From Candidatus Fokinia solitaria (lineage in GTDB: Bacteria; Pseudomonadota; Alphaproteobacteria; Rickettsiales; Midichloriaceae), in NCBI RefSeq assembly GCF_003072485.1, contig NZ_CP025989.1:270001-302000 (forward strand): 32,000 bases of DNA, given 5' to 3'. The stretch's first letter is position 1; the number at the start of each line of letters is the position of its first letter. Of this stretch, positions 1-12,045 are shown one piece after another. The position numbers and the translations under genes are program-made. The notes below the pieces were generated by a model. The model ran no database searches and was not told the DNA's origin. It saw only the letters and a list, made by a program, of their open reading frames with translations.

Positions 1-59
1 TGTCGAATTCTTTCGGTTTCGGTGGAACAAATTGCGTCCTAATTCTAAAAAGACTATAG
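1..59 (+). CDS. 3' end of a beta-ketoacyl-ACP synthase (FabF/FabB-like), truncated by the window edge
   Basis: The frame beginning at nt 3 reads SNSFGFGGTNCVLILKRL followed by TAG (57-59). SNSFGFGGTN is the conserved C-terminal signature of KAS I/II condensing enzymes. Only 18 codons are visible. Confidence 0.6.
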   Translation, partial: SNSFGFGGTNCVLILKRL

Positions 60-182
60 TAGAATGTGGGAGATCTGCAGTGATCTGATGTATATGATGT
101 TATATCTTGCCAGCATTCGTGTATGTTGTGGCAGAATTTGCATTCTTTCTAAAAAAATATAGTAATTTCCACATCTCTATCC

Positions 183-3089
<2,907 letters not shown>

Positions 3090-3314
3090 TCACTCTCATC
3101 CACTTTCAGCATTTTCACTGTTTTGTGGTATCACTACTGAAAGTTGACTTTTGTTTGTAAGCTGCAAAAGTTAATAAAATTCTCGTAGTATCTTTGAAAA
3201 GTATTCAATTTTTCTTTAAAGTAGCATATGTTTCTCTGATTACATGAGTAAAGTTTTTTTACGGACTACTTGACTGATTAAAAGCATTAATAATTACCAT
3301 TTACGTTAATATCT

Positions 3315-4319
3315 ATGAAGAAATTTGCAAAAGTTGTGATGATAGTGCTTTTTGTTTTATATGTGATATTCAAGATGTACGATACTCAGCTTATAAGATA
3401 CAAAAGTGAAGCATACGCCAACTTTAATATGATGAAGTATCTTATTAAAAACTTATCTGCAAAATCGACACAATGGCCGGATTCCGTGCAAAATAAATTT
3501 GATCTTGTACCTGAAAGTAGTGTAAATGGAAAAGAATTAAAAGTATTTTGGGTAGGGCATTCTACGTTTCTGATACAATTGATGGGCGTTAACATACTTA
3601 CCGATCCAATATGGAGTGATAGAGCTACTCCGTGGAAATGTTGCGGGCCAAAGAGAGTGCATAAGCCTGGTGTGCAATTTAGTAATTTACCGCGTATTGA
3701 TGTAGTACTGATATCGCATAATCACTACGATCATATGGATTTGGATACTATAGAACTTTTGTGGAATAGAGATCATCCGAGAATTATTTCATTACCAGGA
3801 AATGATGCAGTAATTCATAGACGTAACGATAAGATAAAAGTAGAAATTTGTGAATTAGGAGAAGAATTACTTATTAAACGTGATTTAAGTATTGTTGCAG
3901 AAGAAGCATTACATTGGTCAAGTAGGTATATAATAGATGCAAATGTCGCTTTATGGGGCGCTTTTGTCATTAAGTCATCTATAGGCAATATTTATTTCGC
4001 AGGAGATACAGCATATGGCAGTCATTTTATAAGGATGTCGGAAAAATATACATCGTTTAGGCTTGCGTTACTTCCAATTGGTGCATCTCTCCCTCAAATG
4101 ACGAATCATCCTGTGCATATGTCTCCATCTGAAGCGGTGCAAGCTTTCTTGGATTTAAGTGCTGAGTATGGATGTAGTATGCATCATATGACATTTAAGA
4201 TGTCAAATGAGTGTTATTCGTGCGCTAAAGAGATTTTAGATCAAGCTATAGAGTATAATAATATACCGCCAAATAGATTAAGGAATTTAGAAATAGGAGA
4301 ATCTTGGAGTATACCTTAA
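3315..4319 (+). CDS. Membrane-anchored metallo-beta-lactamase-fold hydrolase (NAPE-PLD-like / Zn-dependent hydrolase family)
   Basis: The N-terminal hydrophobic segment is KVVMIVLFVLYVIF. VFWVGHSTFLIQ is followed by the HxHxDH metal motif (ISHNHYDHMD). Confidence 0.85.
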   Translation: MKKFAKVVMIVLFVLYVIFKMYDTQLIRYKSEAYANFNMMKYLIKNLSAKSTQWPDSVQNKFDLVPESSVNGKELKVFWVGHSTFLIQLMGVNILTDPIWSDRATPWKCCGPKRVHKPGVQFSNLPRIDVVLISHNHYDHMDLDTIELLWNRDHPRIISLPGNDAVIHRRNDKIKVEICELGEELLIKRDLSIVAEEALHWSSRYIIDANVALWGAFVIKSSIGNIYFAGDTAYGSHFIRMSEKYTSFRLALLPIGASLPQMTNHPVHMSPSEAVQAFLDLSAEYGCSMHHMTFKMSNECYSCAKEILDQAIEYNNIPPNRLRNLEIGESWSIP

Positions 4320-4384
4320 TTGATATATGCTTTCTTTTTATATTTTTCAGTATACAATCAGCGGTAAGCCTTTCGATTATCAAG

Positions 4385-5080
4385 ATGCATAAGATAGTAG
4401 AGCTTGTTTTTCTTGCTTTTGTTGCTTTCCTTATTGTGAGAAAGTTACTAAGCATGCTAGGAGAAGTGGATAAAGATAATGTGATGGAACGTGTGCTACG
4501 AAAGAAGCAATATGAAGACTCTCGTGAGATGAAAGCAGCAGTTCAAAAAGTGTCAAATGTGCTGGAAGGAGGAAATATTGCAAAAGCAGAGAGCGACATG
4601 TCTGTGGAAGAAGCGCGCGTATCGCCATCTTTGAGAAGTGTTATCAATGATATCAGAAAAGTGGAGCACAATTTTAGCGTAGAGAATTTTCTTCGTAGTG
4701 TAGAGAAAATGTACTGCATAGTGCAAAGTAGTATTACTTCCAGCAATATAGATGGATTAGATACTTTGATTGAGCATGACGGTTACGAGAAGTTGAAAAA
4801 TGCGATGTCGAAAAGTAAGGAAAAAGGTTATAGAGTTGTGAGGAATGTCATTTCTGTTAGAGACATTGATATAGTAGATGCTGTTATTTCTGAAGATAAT
4901 CGCGCAACTATTGCAGTTGAGATTCAATCAGAGGAAATAGATTATACAATGAATAGTAATGAAGTTATCATAAACGGATATAAAGGCACTACGTCGAAGA
5001 TTATAACGTGGAAATTTACTAAAGATCTTGGTAATAAAAGTGTTATATGGTTATTAAAAGAACATGAGCTACACTTGTAA
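4385..5080 (+). CDS. Tim44-like domain protein with N-terminal membrane anchor
   Basis: The ATG at 4385 gives MHKIVELVFLAFVAFLIVRKLL (a TM anchor). The C-terminal ~150 aa (FSVENFLRSVEKMY...IITWKFTKDL...WLL) match the architecture of alphaproteobacterial Tim44-like proteins. The 4304 TTG extension overlaps the upstream gene and is unlikely. Confidence 0.7.
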   Translation: MHKIVELVFLAFVAFLIVRKLLSMLGEVDKDNVMERVLRKKQYEDSREMKAAVQKVSNVLEGGNIAKAESDMSVEEARVSPSLRSVINDIRKVEHNFSVENFLRSVEKMYCIVQSSITSSNIDGLDTLIEHDGYEKLKNAMSKSKEKGYRVVRNVISVRDIDIVDAVISEDNRATIAVEIQSEEIDYTMNSNEVIINGYKGTTSKIITWKFTKDLGNKSVIWLLKEHELHL

Positions 5081-5163
5081 GATAATTTGGTACGGCAGTA
5101 GTTAAGCGCCTTATTAGATTGATTCAATTAGAAAGTGAGATTTTATTTTATTACGATACGACA

Positions 5164-6393
5164 ATGATGAAAAGCTTTTCCGATACTGGCATTATACATG
5201 TTATGAATGAAGCTGCGCAGTATGGCTATTACAATGGAAATATAGAGTGGGCTAATTTAGGTCAAGGTTCTCCGGAGACGGGCGTATTATCGGAGATGAA
5301 AAGATTTGCTTTTTTAGAAAGTGACGACTCTACATCAGAATATGCTGCAGTAGCTGGTAGGAGTGATACACGTAGTTCAATTGCGAAGCTATATAATCAG
5401 AGATATAGATCTACCATGTCATCGCAATATGATTGTGACAATATTGCATTAGTATCAGGTGGAAGATTAGCTGTAACAAGAATTATCGCATGTCTTCAGC
5501 CGACGAATATCGGATACTTCGTACCTGATTATACTCCATATCAGAGTATAATAGGACTTTTCAACGGACATAATGCAATACCTATTGTACTGAATAAAGA
5601 GGATGGATATTCGATTTCTATTGAAAAACTGAGAGCTACTGTGAAGCTGCATAAAATAAGTGTTGTCGTGATGAGTAATCCTTCAAATCCTATAGGTAAG
5701 TTGACGAGTGAGCAGCAGATGATCGAGCTTATTAAGCTTGCAGAAGAAGAGCAATTTTTATTGTTAATAGATGAGGTGTATTCTCACTATATATATGATC
5801 GTCCAGAAGTAGATATTCCATATACCTTTTCTGCAGCAAGGTATGTAAGAGAGATAGATAGTAGTAATGTAATTATCGTAGATGGCTTAACAAAGAACTG
5901 GAGATATCCAGGCTTCCGCTTAGCATGGATTATCGCTTCTAAAGCGATAATAAAAATCGCTACGAATTGCGGTGCGTTTATGGATGGAGGAGCGTCGAAT
6001 GTCGTTCAAAAAAATGCTCTGCATCTCTTGGATGAGAAGATCGTTTCTCTTGAAGTAAGAGAAATGCAAAAGCATTTTAGAGCAAAACGCGATTATGTTA
6101 TTGGAGAATTAGTTGAGCATGGCATCACTGTAGATGTGATACCGCAAGGCGCTTTTTATGTTTGGGCTAATCTTTCAAATCTTCCTGAATCATTGCAAGA
6201 TGGCGTAAGATTTGCTAAATCCTGTCTGCGAGAATGCGTCATAGTAGTGCCAGGAATGTATTTTGACGATCAAAGCGATCAAATACTTGCAAATGTAAGA
6301 TTTAGAAATTATGTGCGTATCAGTTTTGGACAAGGAATGGATACTCTCAAAAGAGGTATGGAAGGGATAAAAAGAGTGATAAGACATGGATAA
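5164..6393 (+). CDS. Class I/II pyridoxal-phosphate-dependent aminotransferase
   Basis: It has the SNPSNPIGK motif (NPxNPTG-like), and LTKNWRYPGFRLAW contains the putative PLP-lysine. Overall length is ~410 aa. The ATG at 5164 is preferred over the TTG at 5119. Confidence 0.88.
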   Translation: MMKSFSDTGIIHVMNEAAQYGYYNGNIEWANLGQGSPETGVLSEMKRFAFLESDDSTSEYAAVAGRSDTRSSIAKLYNQRYRSTMSSQYDCDNIALVSGGRLAVTRIIACLQPTNIGYFVPDYTPYQSIIGLFNGHNAIPIVLNKEDGYSISIEKLRATVKLHKISVVVMSNPSNPIGKLTSEQQMIELIKLAEEEQFLLLIDEVYSHYIYDRPEVDIPYTFSAARYVREIDSSNVIIVDGLTKNWRYPGFRLAWIIASKAIIKIATNCGAFMDGGASNVVQKNALHLLDEKIVSLEVREMQKHFRAKRDYVIGELVEHGITVDVIPQGAFYVWANLSNLPESLQDGVRFAKSCLRECVIVVPGMYFDDQSDQILANVRFRNYVRISFGQGMDTLKRGMEGIKRVIRHG

Positions 6394-7045
6394 GATTACG
6401 AAAAATGCTTTTTCTGTGAAAGAAATTATTGATACATTTATTCGAGTAAATCATGCCGGAGAGTTAGGAGCAGTACATATGTATAGTGGTCATTTGCGTG
6501 TGTATAAAGCGTTTCACATGTGTGAGATAGATGAGATAGAGATGATGCTTGCAAATGAAAAGGAGCATATGGAGTATTTTATTTCCAAAATTTCCTCTCA
6601 TTCTAGACCGAGTCTCATCAATTCAATATGGATGATGTGTAGTTGGAGTATTGGTGCGTTCAGTACGTTTTTGATGCAACATCAAGGCACAATGTCTTGT
6701 ACTGATGGAGTAGAAACAGTAGTATCTCAGCATTATAAAGATCAGCTGTCTCGAATTGAAATCGTGATTGCTGATGAAATGGCCTTAATTCAAAGAGAAG
6801 AAAAAAGAAGTCTTACTCTTTTAGGCGCTGAGAAGATAGATGCATTGCGTTATATCACTTCTCTACAAGAAAGCTTGATTTTATTAAAAGATCTACAAGA
6901 GAAAATATCAAAATTTTTAGAAGATGAAGAAATGCATCGTGATTCCGCGAATATAAAGTGCACAGTAAATAGAGTGACGAAGATTCATAAGGAGTTTATA
7001 ATGTACTTGACTAAATTAGCGATACATATCTCTGAACGTATATAG
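6386..7045 (+). CDS. coq7: Demethoxyubiquinone hydroxylase, COQ7 family (di-iron carboxylate)
   Basis: RVNHAGELGA, EKEH, VETVVSQHY and EDEEMHRD supply the E / ExxH / E / ExxH di-iron ligand pattern. The C-terminal LAIHISERI resembles the COQ7 tail. The gene overlaps the upstream aminotransferase by 8 nt. Confidence 0.85.
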   Translation: MDKITKNAFSVKEIIDTFIRVNHAGELGAVHMYSGHLRVYKAFHMCEIDEIEMMLANEKEHMEYFISKISSHSRPSLINSIWMMCSWSIGAFSTFLMQHQGTMSCTDGVETVVSQHYKDQLSRIEIVIADEMALIQREEKRSLTLLGAEKIDALRYITSLQESLILLKDLQEKISKFLEDEEMHRDSANIKCTVNRVTKIHKEFIMYLTKLAIHISERI

Positions 7046-7053
7046 TTTTTAAG

Positions 7054-7707
7054 ATGAAAGAATTTTTCCTCCTTGCTTTTTTTTGGAGTAGTTGCGCACT
7101 TGTTTTTACTATATTTCCTTCTTTGGATATCTATGTAAGCACTCTCTTCTATTCGTTTAATAGCTTCCATACAAATGATCTATTAAATGGCATAAGTGAA
7201 TTTCTATTCATATTTCCTATGTTGACGTTTGGCTTACTCTCTTTGTCCTTTCTAATATCAAAAAGCGATCATTATAAAAAAGCGTTAAAATTAGTTCTTT
7301 CATGTGCGGCAGTATATGTTTTTTGCTGTTTGTTTGTTTCTCATATAGGGATGAAAGCGGTATTTCATCGTCCAAGACCGGAAAACATTTTGCAATTTGG
7401 TGGTAAAATGCATTTTATAAAAGCTTTTCAGATTAAAGGAGAATGCCTTAAAAAGTGCTCATTTGTTTCTACGCATGCAATGACAGGGTATGCTTTTTCG
7501 CTTATAAGTGCTTTTTACTACAATATTAGAAAATTAAGAAATAGAGTAATAATAGCTTCTTTTATAATAGGTACTGCTTGTGGTATCACCAGGATAATGC
7601 TAGGAAAGCACTTTTTAAGTGATGTGGTGGTAGCGGGTTTGATAGCATATACCGCTACTTTTATGTTTACTACTTTCACTGATAAGAAATTTATTACTCG
7701 TCTCTAA
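7054..7707 (+). CDS. PAP2-family (type 2 phosphatidic acid phosphatase-like) membrane phosphatase
   Basis: Three PAP2 motifs occur in order, KAVFHRPRP, SFVSTHA and TRIMLGKHFLSDVV, embedded in hydrophobic helices. Confidence 0.85.
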   Translation: MKEFFLLAFFWSSCALVFTIFPSLDIYVSTLFYSFNSFHTNDLLNGISEFLFIFPMLTFGLLSLSFLISKSDHYKKALKLVLSCAAVYVFCCLFVSHIGMKAVFHRPRPENILQFGGKMHFIKAFQIKGECLKKCSFVSTHAMTGYAFSLISAFYYNIRKLRNRVIIASFIIGTACGITRIMLGKHFLSDVVVAGLIAYTATFMFTTFTDKKFITRL

Positions 7708-7724
7708 AAAAGTAATATGTATCT

Positions 7725-7747
7725 GAGAATATTTTACCAGTATTCTT
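7725..7747 (+). terminator. Weak AT-rich hairpin downstream of the PAP2 gene, possible intrinsic terminator
   Basis: GAGAATATT (7725-7733) and AGTATTCTT (7739-7747) form a 9-bp stem including two G-U pairs, with a 5-nt loop, followed by GTTAAATATT. It has no GC-rich stem, so support is weak. Confidence 0.2.
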
Positions 7748-7755
7748 GTTAAATA

Positions 7756-7784
7756 TTGCATTTTTCGTACTGATATCTTATAAG
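7756..7784 (+). promoter_or_regulatory. Candidate sigma-70-type promoter for the downstream tRNA
   Basis: TTGCAT (7756-7761), a 17-nt spacer and TATAAG (7779-7784) lie about 30 nt upstream of the tRNA 5' end. Such matches arise by chance in AT-rich DNA. Confidence 0.3.
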
Positions 7785-7813
7785 TGTGGTGTAGTCTCGT
7801 GTGCTGCGAGGCT

Positions 7814-7889
7814 GGGATCTTAGTTCAGTGGTTAGAACGCACCGCTCATAACGGTGTTGTCGTAGGTTCGATCCCTACAGATCCCACCA
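7814..7889 (+). tRNA. tRNA with CAU anticodon, elongator type (tRNA-Met or lysidine-modified tRNA-Ile2), CCA encoded
   Basis: A hand-folded 76-nt cloverleaf has acceptor GGGATCT/AGATCCC, D arm GTTC-AGTGGTTA-GAAC, anticodon arm CACCG-CTCATAA-CGGTG, variable loop TTGTC and T arm GTAGG-TTCGATC-CCTAC, followed by A-CCA. The paired G1-C72 excludes an initiator. Confidence 0.9.
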
Positions 7890-7893
7890 TTTC

Positions 7894-8922
7894 TTAAGAG
7901 GTGACTGTTTTTTCTTTCGTTAATTCTACGATCTCGCTAAGTATTTTATACTTCTTGTAGTCAATGTTGTGTTTCAACATTCTATTTAGCAGCCCTTGTA
8001 TACTGAAGTAACCTTCTGCTAAATATGTTTCACCCTCGTAGTGATTATTTGCATTTGATTTAGACATTCCAGTACGATATCCGAGCTGAAAATTTCTCGA
8101 CTTACTGCTAGAGCAACTTAATAGAAAATCTCCGATACCGCAGTAACTGAGAAGTGTATTTGTATCTTCGTTGCTACATAAAATTTTAAAAATCTCTGTA
8201 AATTCTCGAAAGCTATTAGTTAAGAATGCCGCAAGTGAATTTGAATAATCTATCAAGTTATATCGTATTGCATTGTCAGCTTGTGCGATATTTTCCTCAC
8301 CATATTTGCTTTTGATATACTCAAAGTGCGTAAAGCCTGCACCAATGGCGTATATGTTTTTTAAAACGCTACATAACTGACTGCCAATTGGATCGTTATT
8401 TTCCTCTAATATGAATAAGTTGGAAGAAAGAGTTTTTATTACGTTACTTCTAAGATTTGAATCAGTGCTACTTATTGTAGCGCCGGTATGTACTCCACGT
8501 AATACATCTATGCTGAAATTTGGCCCTGCAAGTACTCCAAAAGGCATTGTAGAGTATATTTCTTCTGATATAACTTCACTCAAAAACAGTCCAGTACTCA
8601 TCTCTATTCCTTTAGAACATATTATAATACCAACACTTTTACTGCATTCTTCTTTGTATTTTGAAATGAATTCTCTAGTAACTTGCGCAGGTAGAGCGAT
8701 AAAACTCAAAGTACCTACAGTTTTGCCATTCAATTCGTTTAAGTGAAATAGTGAAAAGTTAGTATCGCTACAATGCTTATGTATTCTCGTATTCGTATTT
8801 TGTATCGAGTGACAAAAAAGTTGTACGTCAACATTATTACGTTGCATACTTGTGGCTAATGCTAGTCCCCACATACCTCCACCTATAACATTTACGCGGC
8901 TAATCTTTTTATCTTCCGTCAT
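7894..8922 (-). CDS. gpsA: NAD(P)H-dependent glycerol-3-phosphate dehydrogenase
   Basis: It has the N-terminal Rossmann motif VNVIGGGMWGLALA, a CSKGIE substrate motif and a length of 342 aa. Its stop lies 4 nt from the 3' end of the convergent tRNA. Confidence 0.9.
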   Translation of the reverse strand: MTEDKKISRVNVIGGGMWGLALATSMQRNNVDVQLFCHSIQNTNTRIHKHCSDTNFSLFHLNELNGKTVGTLSFIALPAQVTREFISKYKEECSKSVGIIICSKGIEMSTGLFLSEVISEEIYSTMPFGVLAGPNFSIDVLRGVHTGATISSTDSNLRSNVIKTLSSNLFILEENNDPIGSQLCSVLKNIYAIGAGFTHFEYIKSKYGEENIAQADNAIRYNLIDYSNSLAAFLTNSFREFTEIFKILCSNEDTNTLLSYCGIGDFLLSCSSSKSRNFQLGYRTGMSKSNANNHYEGETYLAEGYFSIQGLLNRMLKHNIDYKKYKILSEIVELTKEKTVTS

Positions 8923-8947
8923 CTGAAAATCTTACATCACAACTTTA

Positions 8948-9252
8948 CTATAGTAACTTACCAATCTTATAGTCATTTCGCCACTTGCAATTATTTTGTA
9001 ACGCAACTTCAATCTGCCTTTCTAAATATTTTAAATTCATACCAGAGAACTCACATATATGAGTAAAACTATTATTTTGTATTTTTAACCATTTTAGAGC
9101 TTCTCTCTTGATGCGTGCGAAAGTTTTTTTTTAGATTGTGTACAGGCGTCGGTAAGTGCTTGTAGTACTACCGCTTTCCATATACTTTGTAATTTGTACT
9201 GTTGCTTGAATATATGATTTGAATTTTGTAGAGAGTTGTTTATTTCGTACAT
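8948..9252 (-). pseudogene. Small ORF (~101 codons) split by a frame change at an A9 tract. It is either a pseudogene or a slippage-dependent gene of unknown function.
   Basis: On the minus strand, the ATG at 9252 opens MYEINNSLQNSNHIFKQQYKLQSIWKAVVLQALTDACTQSKKK. After the A9 run (plus-strand T9 at 9124-9132) this frame stops at 9094-9096. The -1 frame opens inside the A run and continues TFARIKREALKWLKIQNNSFTHICEFSGMNLKYLERQIEVALQNNCKWRNDYKIGKLL to the TAG at 8948-8950. Both halves are below the 60-aa cutoff of the ORF track. Confidence 0.5.
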
Positions 9253-9389
9253 TTTCTTGAGTGATAATTTTATGTATATGGATTTTTATTATCGCAAGTA
9301 TTTATTCGCAGGAAGTCATGTAAGTTTGTTGAGTTTAAAATTTGCAGGATTATGCTATTAATGTTTCTTGTGATGTTTTAGTGTCTGTG

Positions 9390-10763
9390 ATGAAAATTCT
9401 TGTTGCGTTGTTGTGCGGTGGAAGAAGCACGAGAATGCGTTCTAAAAAACCGAAATTCATGCTAGAGCTAGCGGGAGTACCGATATTACATCATATACTA
9501 CGTACTGTACAAGATGTTCAGATACGACTTATTTCTCATCAAGTGCATATGGATATATCGTTAGTGCTACACCATACTACTATCGATGAATCGGAGATTG
9601 ATGCAGTGTTAGACGATTTCCCAACATTGCAAATACGTAAAATAGAACAAAAGATGGCGGGTACAGGAGGTGCTACATTAGCAGCGTTGAGCGATGCATC
9701 AGAATATGATGACGTTTTGGTATTATATGGCGATATGCCGCTTATAAAGGAAGATACACTTTATGAATTTATACAAAATTACAGAAGAAAACGATCATTA
9801 AAGCATAATTTTGCATCGCTTCATATGGCTTTTGCAACGAGTAATCCGATAGGGTATGGTGTTATGAAAACCGAATATGAGAACACTTCTCGTATAGTAG
9901 GAATAGTGGAGTTCGGCAGTGACGGAATGGAACGCCTACCAGTGAAAAAGGTACTATGTAATGCTGGTACGATGATGGCGCCTCTTCATATATTGCAAGA
10001 AGCTTTAACGTATATACAATCGATAAGGAAGGAATATGAGATTTTGCTAACAGAGGTAGTAAGCGTTTTTTTCGGAATGAATATGATAAGCGAGTGCGAA
10101 ATATGTGACCAAAATGAATGTATTAATACGAATAACTTGTATGATCTTGCACGTGCTGAGGAAGAAATACAGGATAGAATACGTGAAGAGCTGATGATGA
10201 GTGGAGTCCATTTAATAGCGCCTCGTACAAATTTCTTTCACTATTATCACAATATTTGTGATAAGACTGTAATACATCCATATTCAATTATAGGAAAGAA
10301 TGTTTTGATACATTCGGATGTAGTAATACTACCGTACTGTTATTTGGAAGGAGTTATAATTGAATCAGATGTTGTTGTTGGTCCTTTTTGCAGAATTAGA
10401 GGTGAGACAATTTTAAGGCGCGGTACAAAAGCTGGCAATTTTCTTGAACTCAAGAACTCAATTGTTGGTGAAGATACCAAAATTGGTCATTTTGGATATG
10501 TTGGAGATGCTATCATAGGTCATAAATGTAATATTGGCGCGGGAGCAGTATTTTGTAATTATGATGGCTATGACAAACATAAGACGACGATAAAAAATAA
10601 TGCGTTTATAGGAGCGAATGTATCGCTTGTTGCACCTATTACAGTTGGAGATAGAGCTATGATAGGAGCAGGTAGTGTAGTTACACAGAATGTATCGGAT
10701 AATGAGCTAGCAGTTGAGAGAAATACGCAAAAGAATACTAGAAGAAAAAGATTTATAAAATGA
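9390..10763 (+). CDS. glmU: Bifunctional UDP-N-acetylglucosamine pyrophosphorylase / glucosamine-1-phosphate N-acetyltransferase
   Basis: The N-terminal nucleotidyltransferase motif is LLCGGRSTRMRSKKPKFMLELAGVPIL. The C-terminal left-handed beta-helix hexapeptide repeats are IGHFGYVGDAIIGHKCNIGAGAVFCNYDG...IGANVSLVAPITVGDRAMIGAGSVV. The ATG at 9390 is preferred over the TTG at 9342. Confidence 0.9.
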   Translation: MKILVALLCGGRSTRMRSKKPKFMLELAGVPILHHILRTVQDVQIRLISHQVHMDISLVLHHTTIDESEIDAVLDDFPTLQIRKIEQKMAGTGGATLAALSDASEYDDVLVLYGDMPLIKEDTLYEFIQNYRRKRSLKHNFASLHMAFATSNPIGYGVMKTEYENTSRIVGIVEFGSDGMERLPVKKVLCNAGTMMAPLHILQEALTYIQSIRKEYEILLTEVVSVFFGMNMISECEICDQNECINTNNLYDLARAEEEIQDRIREELMMSGVHLIAPRTNFFHYYHNICDKTVIHPYSIIGKNVLIHSDVVILPYCYLEGVIIESDVVVGPFCRIRGETILRRGTKAGNFLELKNSIVGEDTKIGHFGYVGDAIIGHKCNIGAGAVFCNYDGYDKHKTTIKNNAFIGANVSLVAPITVGDRAMIGAGSVVTQNVSDNELAVERNTQKNTRRKRFIK

Positions 10764-10947
10764 GATTGCACGTTTATGACTGTTATTGAAAGATAACGAC
10801 AAGGTAGATGCGAATCCAATTAGATATACTTGAGATCGTATTTTTGCTTAGAATGGTGAAAATATGAAGAGTAGTACTGCATTCATTTTCTTCACAAAGA
10901 CAATATAATTATTCATGAAGTGCGGAAAAATTAACAATGCTGCGCAG

Positions 10948-11970
10948 CTAATTTTCAAAAAACTTCTCGTCAAAATAATGTAGTCCAATGGCTTTTTTCA
11001 CTTTATATAAAGTCATCTCCGCTTTCTTATTTGCTTTTTTACAACCGTCATACAGTATATTTTGCATTTCTATATGAGAAATATTACTTCTGCGTTCTCT
11101 ATATGGTGCTATCAATTCTTGTAATGTATCGTTTAATATATTTTTCAGTGCTATATCACCTAAGCCACCTCTTGTATAATGCTCTTTTAGCGCGATAACT
11201 TCGTCTTTATTTTCATGAAATGCGTCAAGATATTCGAAAACAATATTTCCTTCTATGTTACCAGGATCGCTGACTTTTAGATGATTTGGATCTGTAAACA
11301 TTGCTAGTACTTTTTGTTTAATAGTATCAGCTGAATCAGAGAGATATATTGCATTATTGAGAGATTTACTTGCTTTCGCCTTACCGTCTATACCGCTTAG
11401 CCTTTTAGTTGTACCTAGCATTGGTATAGCTTCTTTTAGAGTATCTCCATAGATAGAATTGAATTTTCTTACTATTTCATTAGTTTGCTCTATCATTGGT
11501 AGTTGATCTTCTCCTATTGGTATCAATTCTCCATCAAAGGCCGTAATATCAGCTGCTTGACTAACAGGATATATACAAAATCCTGCTAAGAGATTATTTT
11601 CATACTTTTTCTGCTGTATCTCTGCCTTAAGTGTAGGATTTCTTTGTAAGCGGGAAATTGTAACTAAGTTTAAGTAATAAATTGTTAATTCTGTTAACGA
11701 CGGTATCTGAGATTGCAGAAAGATTGTTGTCTTACTCGGATCGATACCGACTGCAATGTAATCACGAAGCACTTCATACACATTCTGAGTAACTAGATTG
11801 GAATGATGAAAGTTATCAGTTAGTGCTTGTACATCAGCTATCATTACGTATTGCGTGTATTTTTTCTGTAACTCAATTCTTTGTTTTAAAGAGCCGACGT
11901 AATGTCCAAGGTGCAGTTTTCCAGTAGGACGATCTCCTGTGAGCACGATTTTTGCTGTGCCAGTGTGCAT
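10948..11970 (-). CDS. trpS: Tryptophan--tRNA ligase
   Basis: Class I signatures are present, TGDRPTGKLHLGHYVG (HIGH region) and KASKS (KMSKS region). The 340-aa length is typical of TrpS. Confidence 0.96.
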   Translation of the reverse strand: MHTGTAKIVLTGDRPTGKLHLGHYVGSLKQRIELQKKYTQYVMIADVQALTDNFHHSNLVTQNVYEVLRDYIAVGIDPSKTTIFLQSQIPSLTELTIYYLNLVTISRLQRNPTLKAEIQQKKYENNLLAGFCIYPVSQAADITAFDGELIPIGEDQLPMIEQTNEIVRKFNSIYGDTLKEAIPMLGTTKRLSGIDGKAKASKSLNNAIYLSDSADTIKQKVLAMFTDPNHLKVSDPGNIEGNIVFEYLDAFHENKDEVIALKEHYTRGGLGDIALKNILNDTLQELIAPYRERRSNISHIEMQNILYDGCKKANKKAEMTLYKVKKAIGLHYFDEKFFEN

Positions 11971-12045
11971 ATGAATTGCTTTTCTTTCTTACGCACTATA
12001 ACTAACAAATATATACATTAAAATCACTAATAATTATGAAATAGA

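Noticed and set aside
138-166. TTGCAT-17 nt-AGTAAT promoter-like match upstream of the MFS gene, and a TTGACA at 25442 upstream of gyrB
   Set aside because: The -10 elements are poor (AGTAAT, TACTCT), and such hexamers are frequent by chance at this base composition. They are not reported as features.
3102-3144. 8-bp inverted repeat (actttcag ... ctgaaagt) upstream of pyrG, considered as an attenuator or operator
   Set aside because: The stem is only 8 AT-rich base pairs with a 27-nt loop and no flanking U-tract. It is easily a chance occurrence in AT-rich intergenic DNA.
8411-8746. 111-aa ORF on the plus strand
   Set aside because: It is entirely antisense to the well-supported gpsA. It is low-complexity and hydrophobic, typical of shadow ORFs in AT-rich genes.
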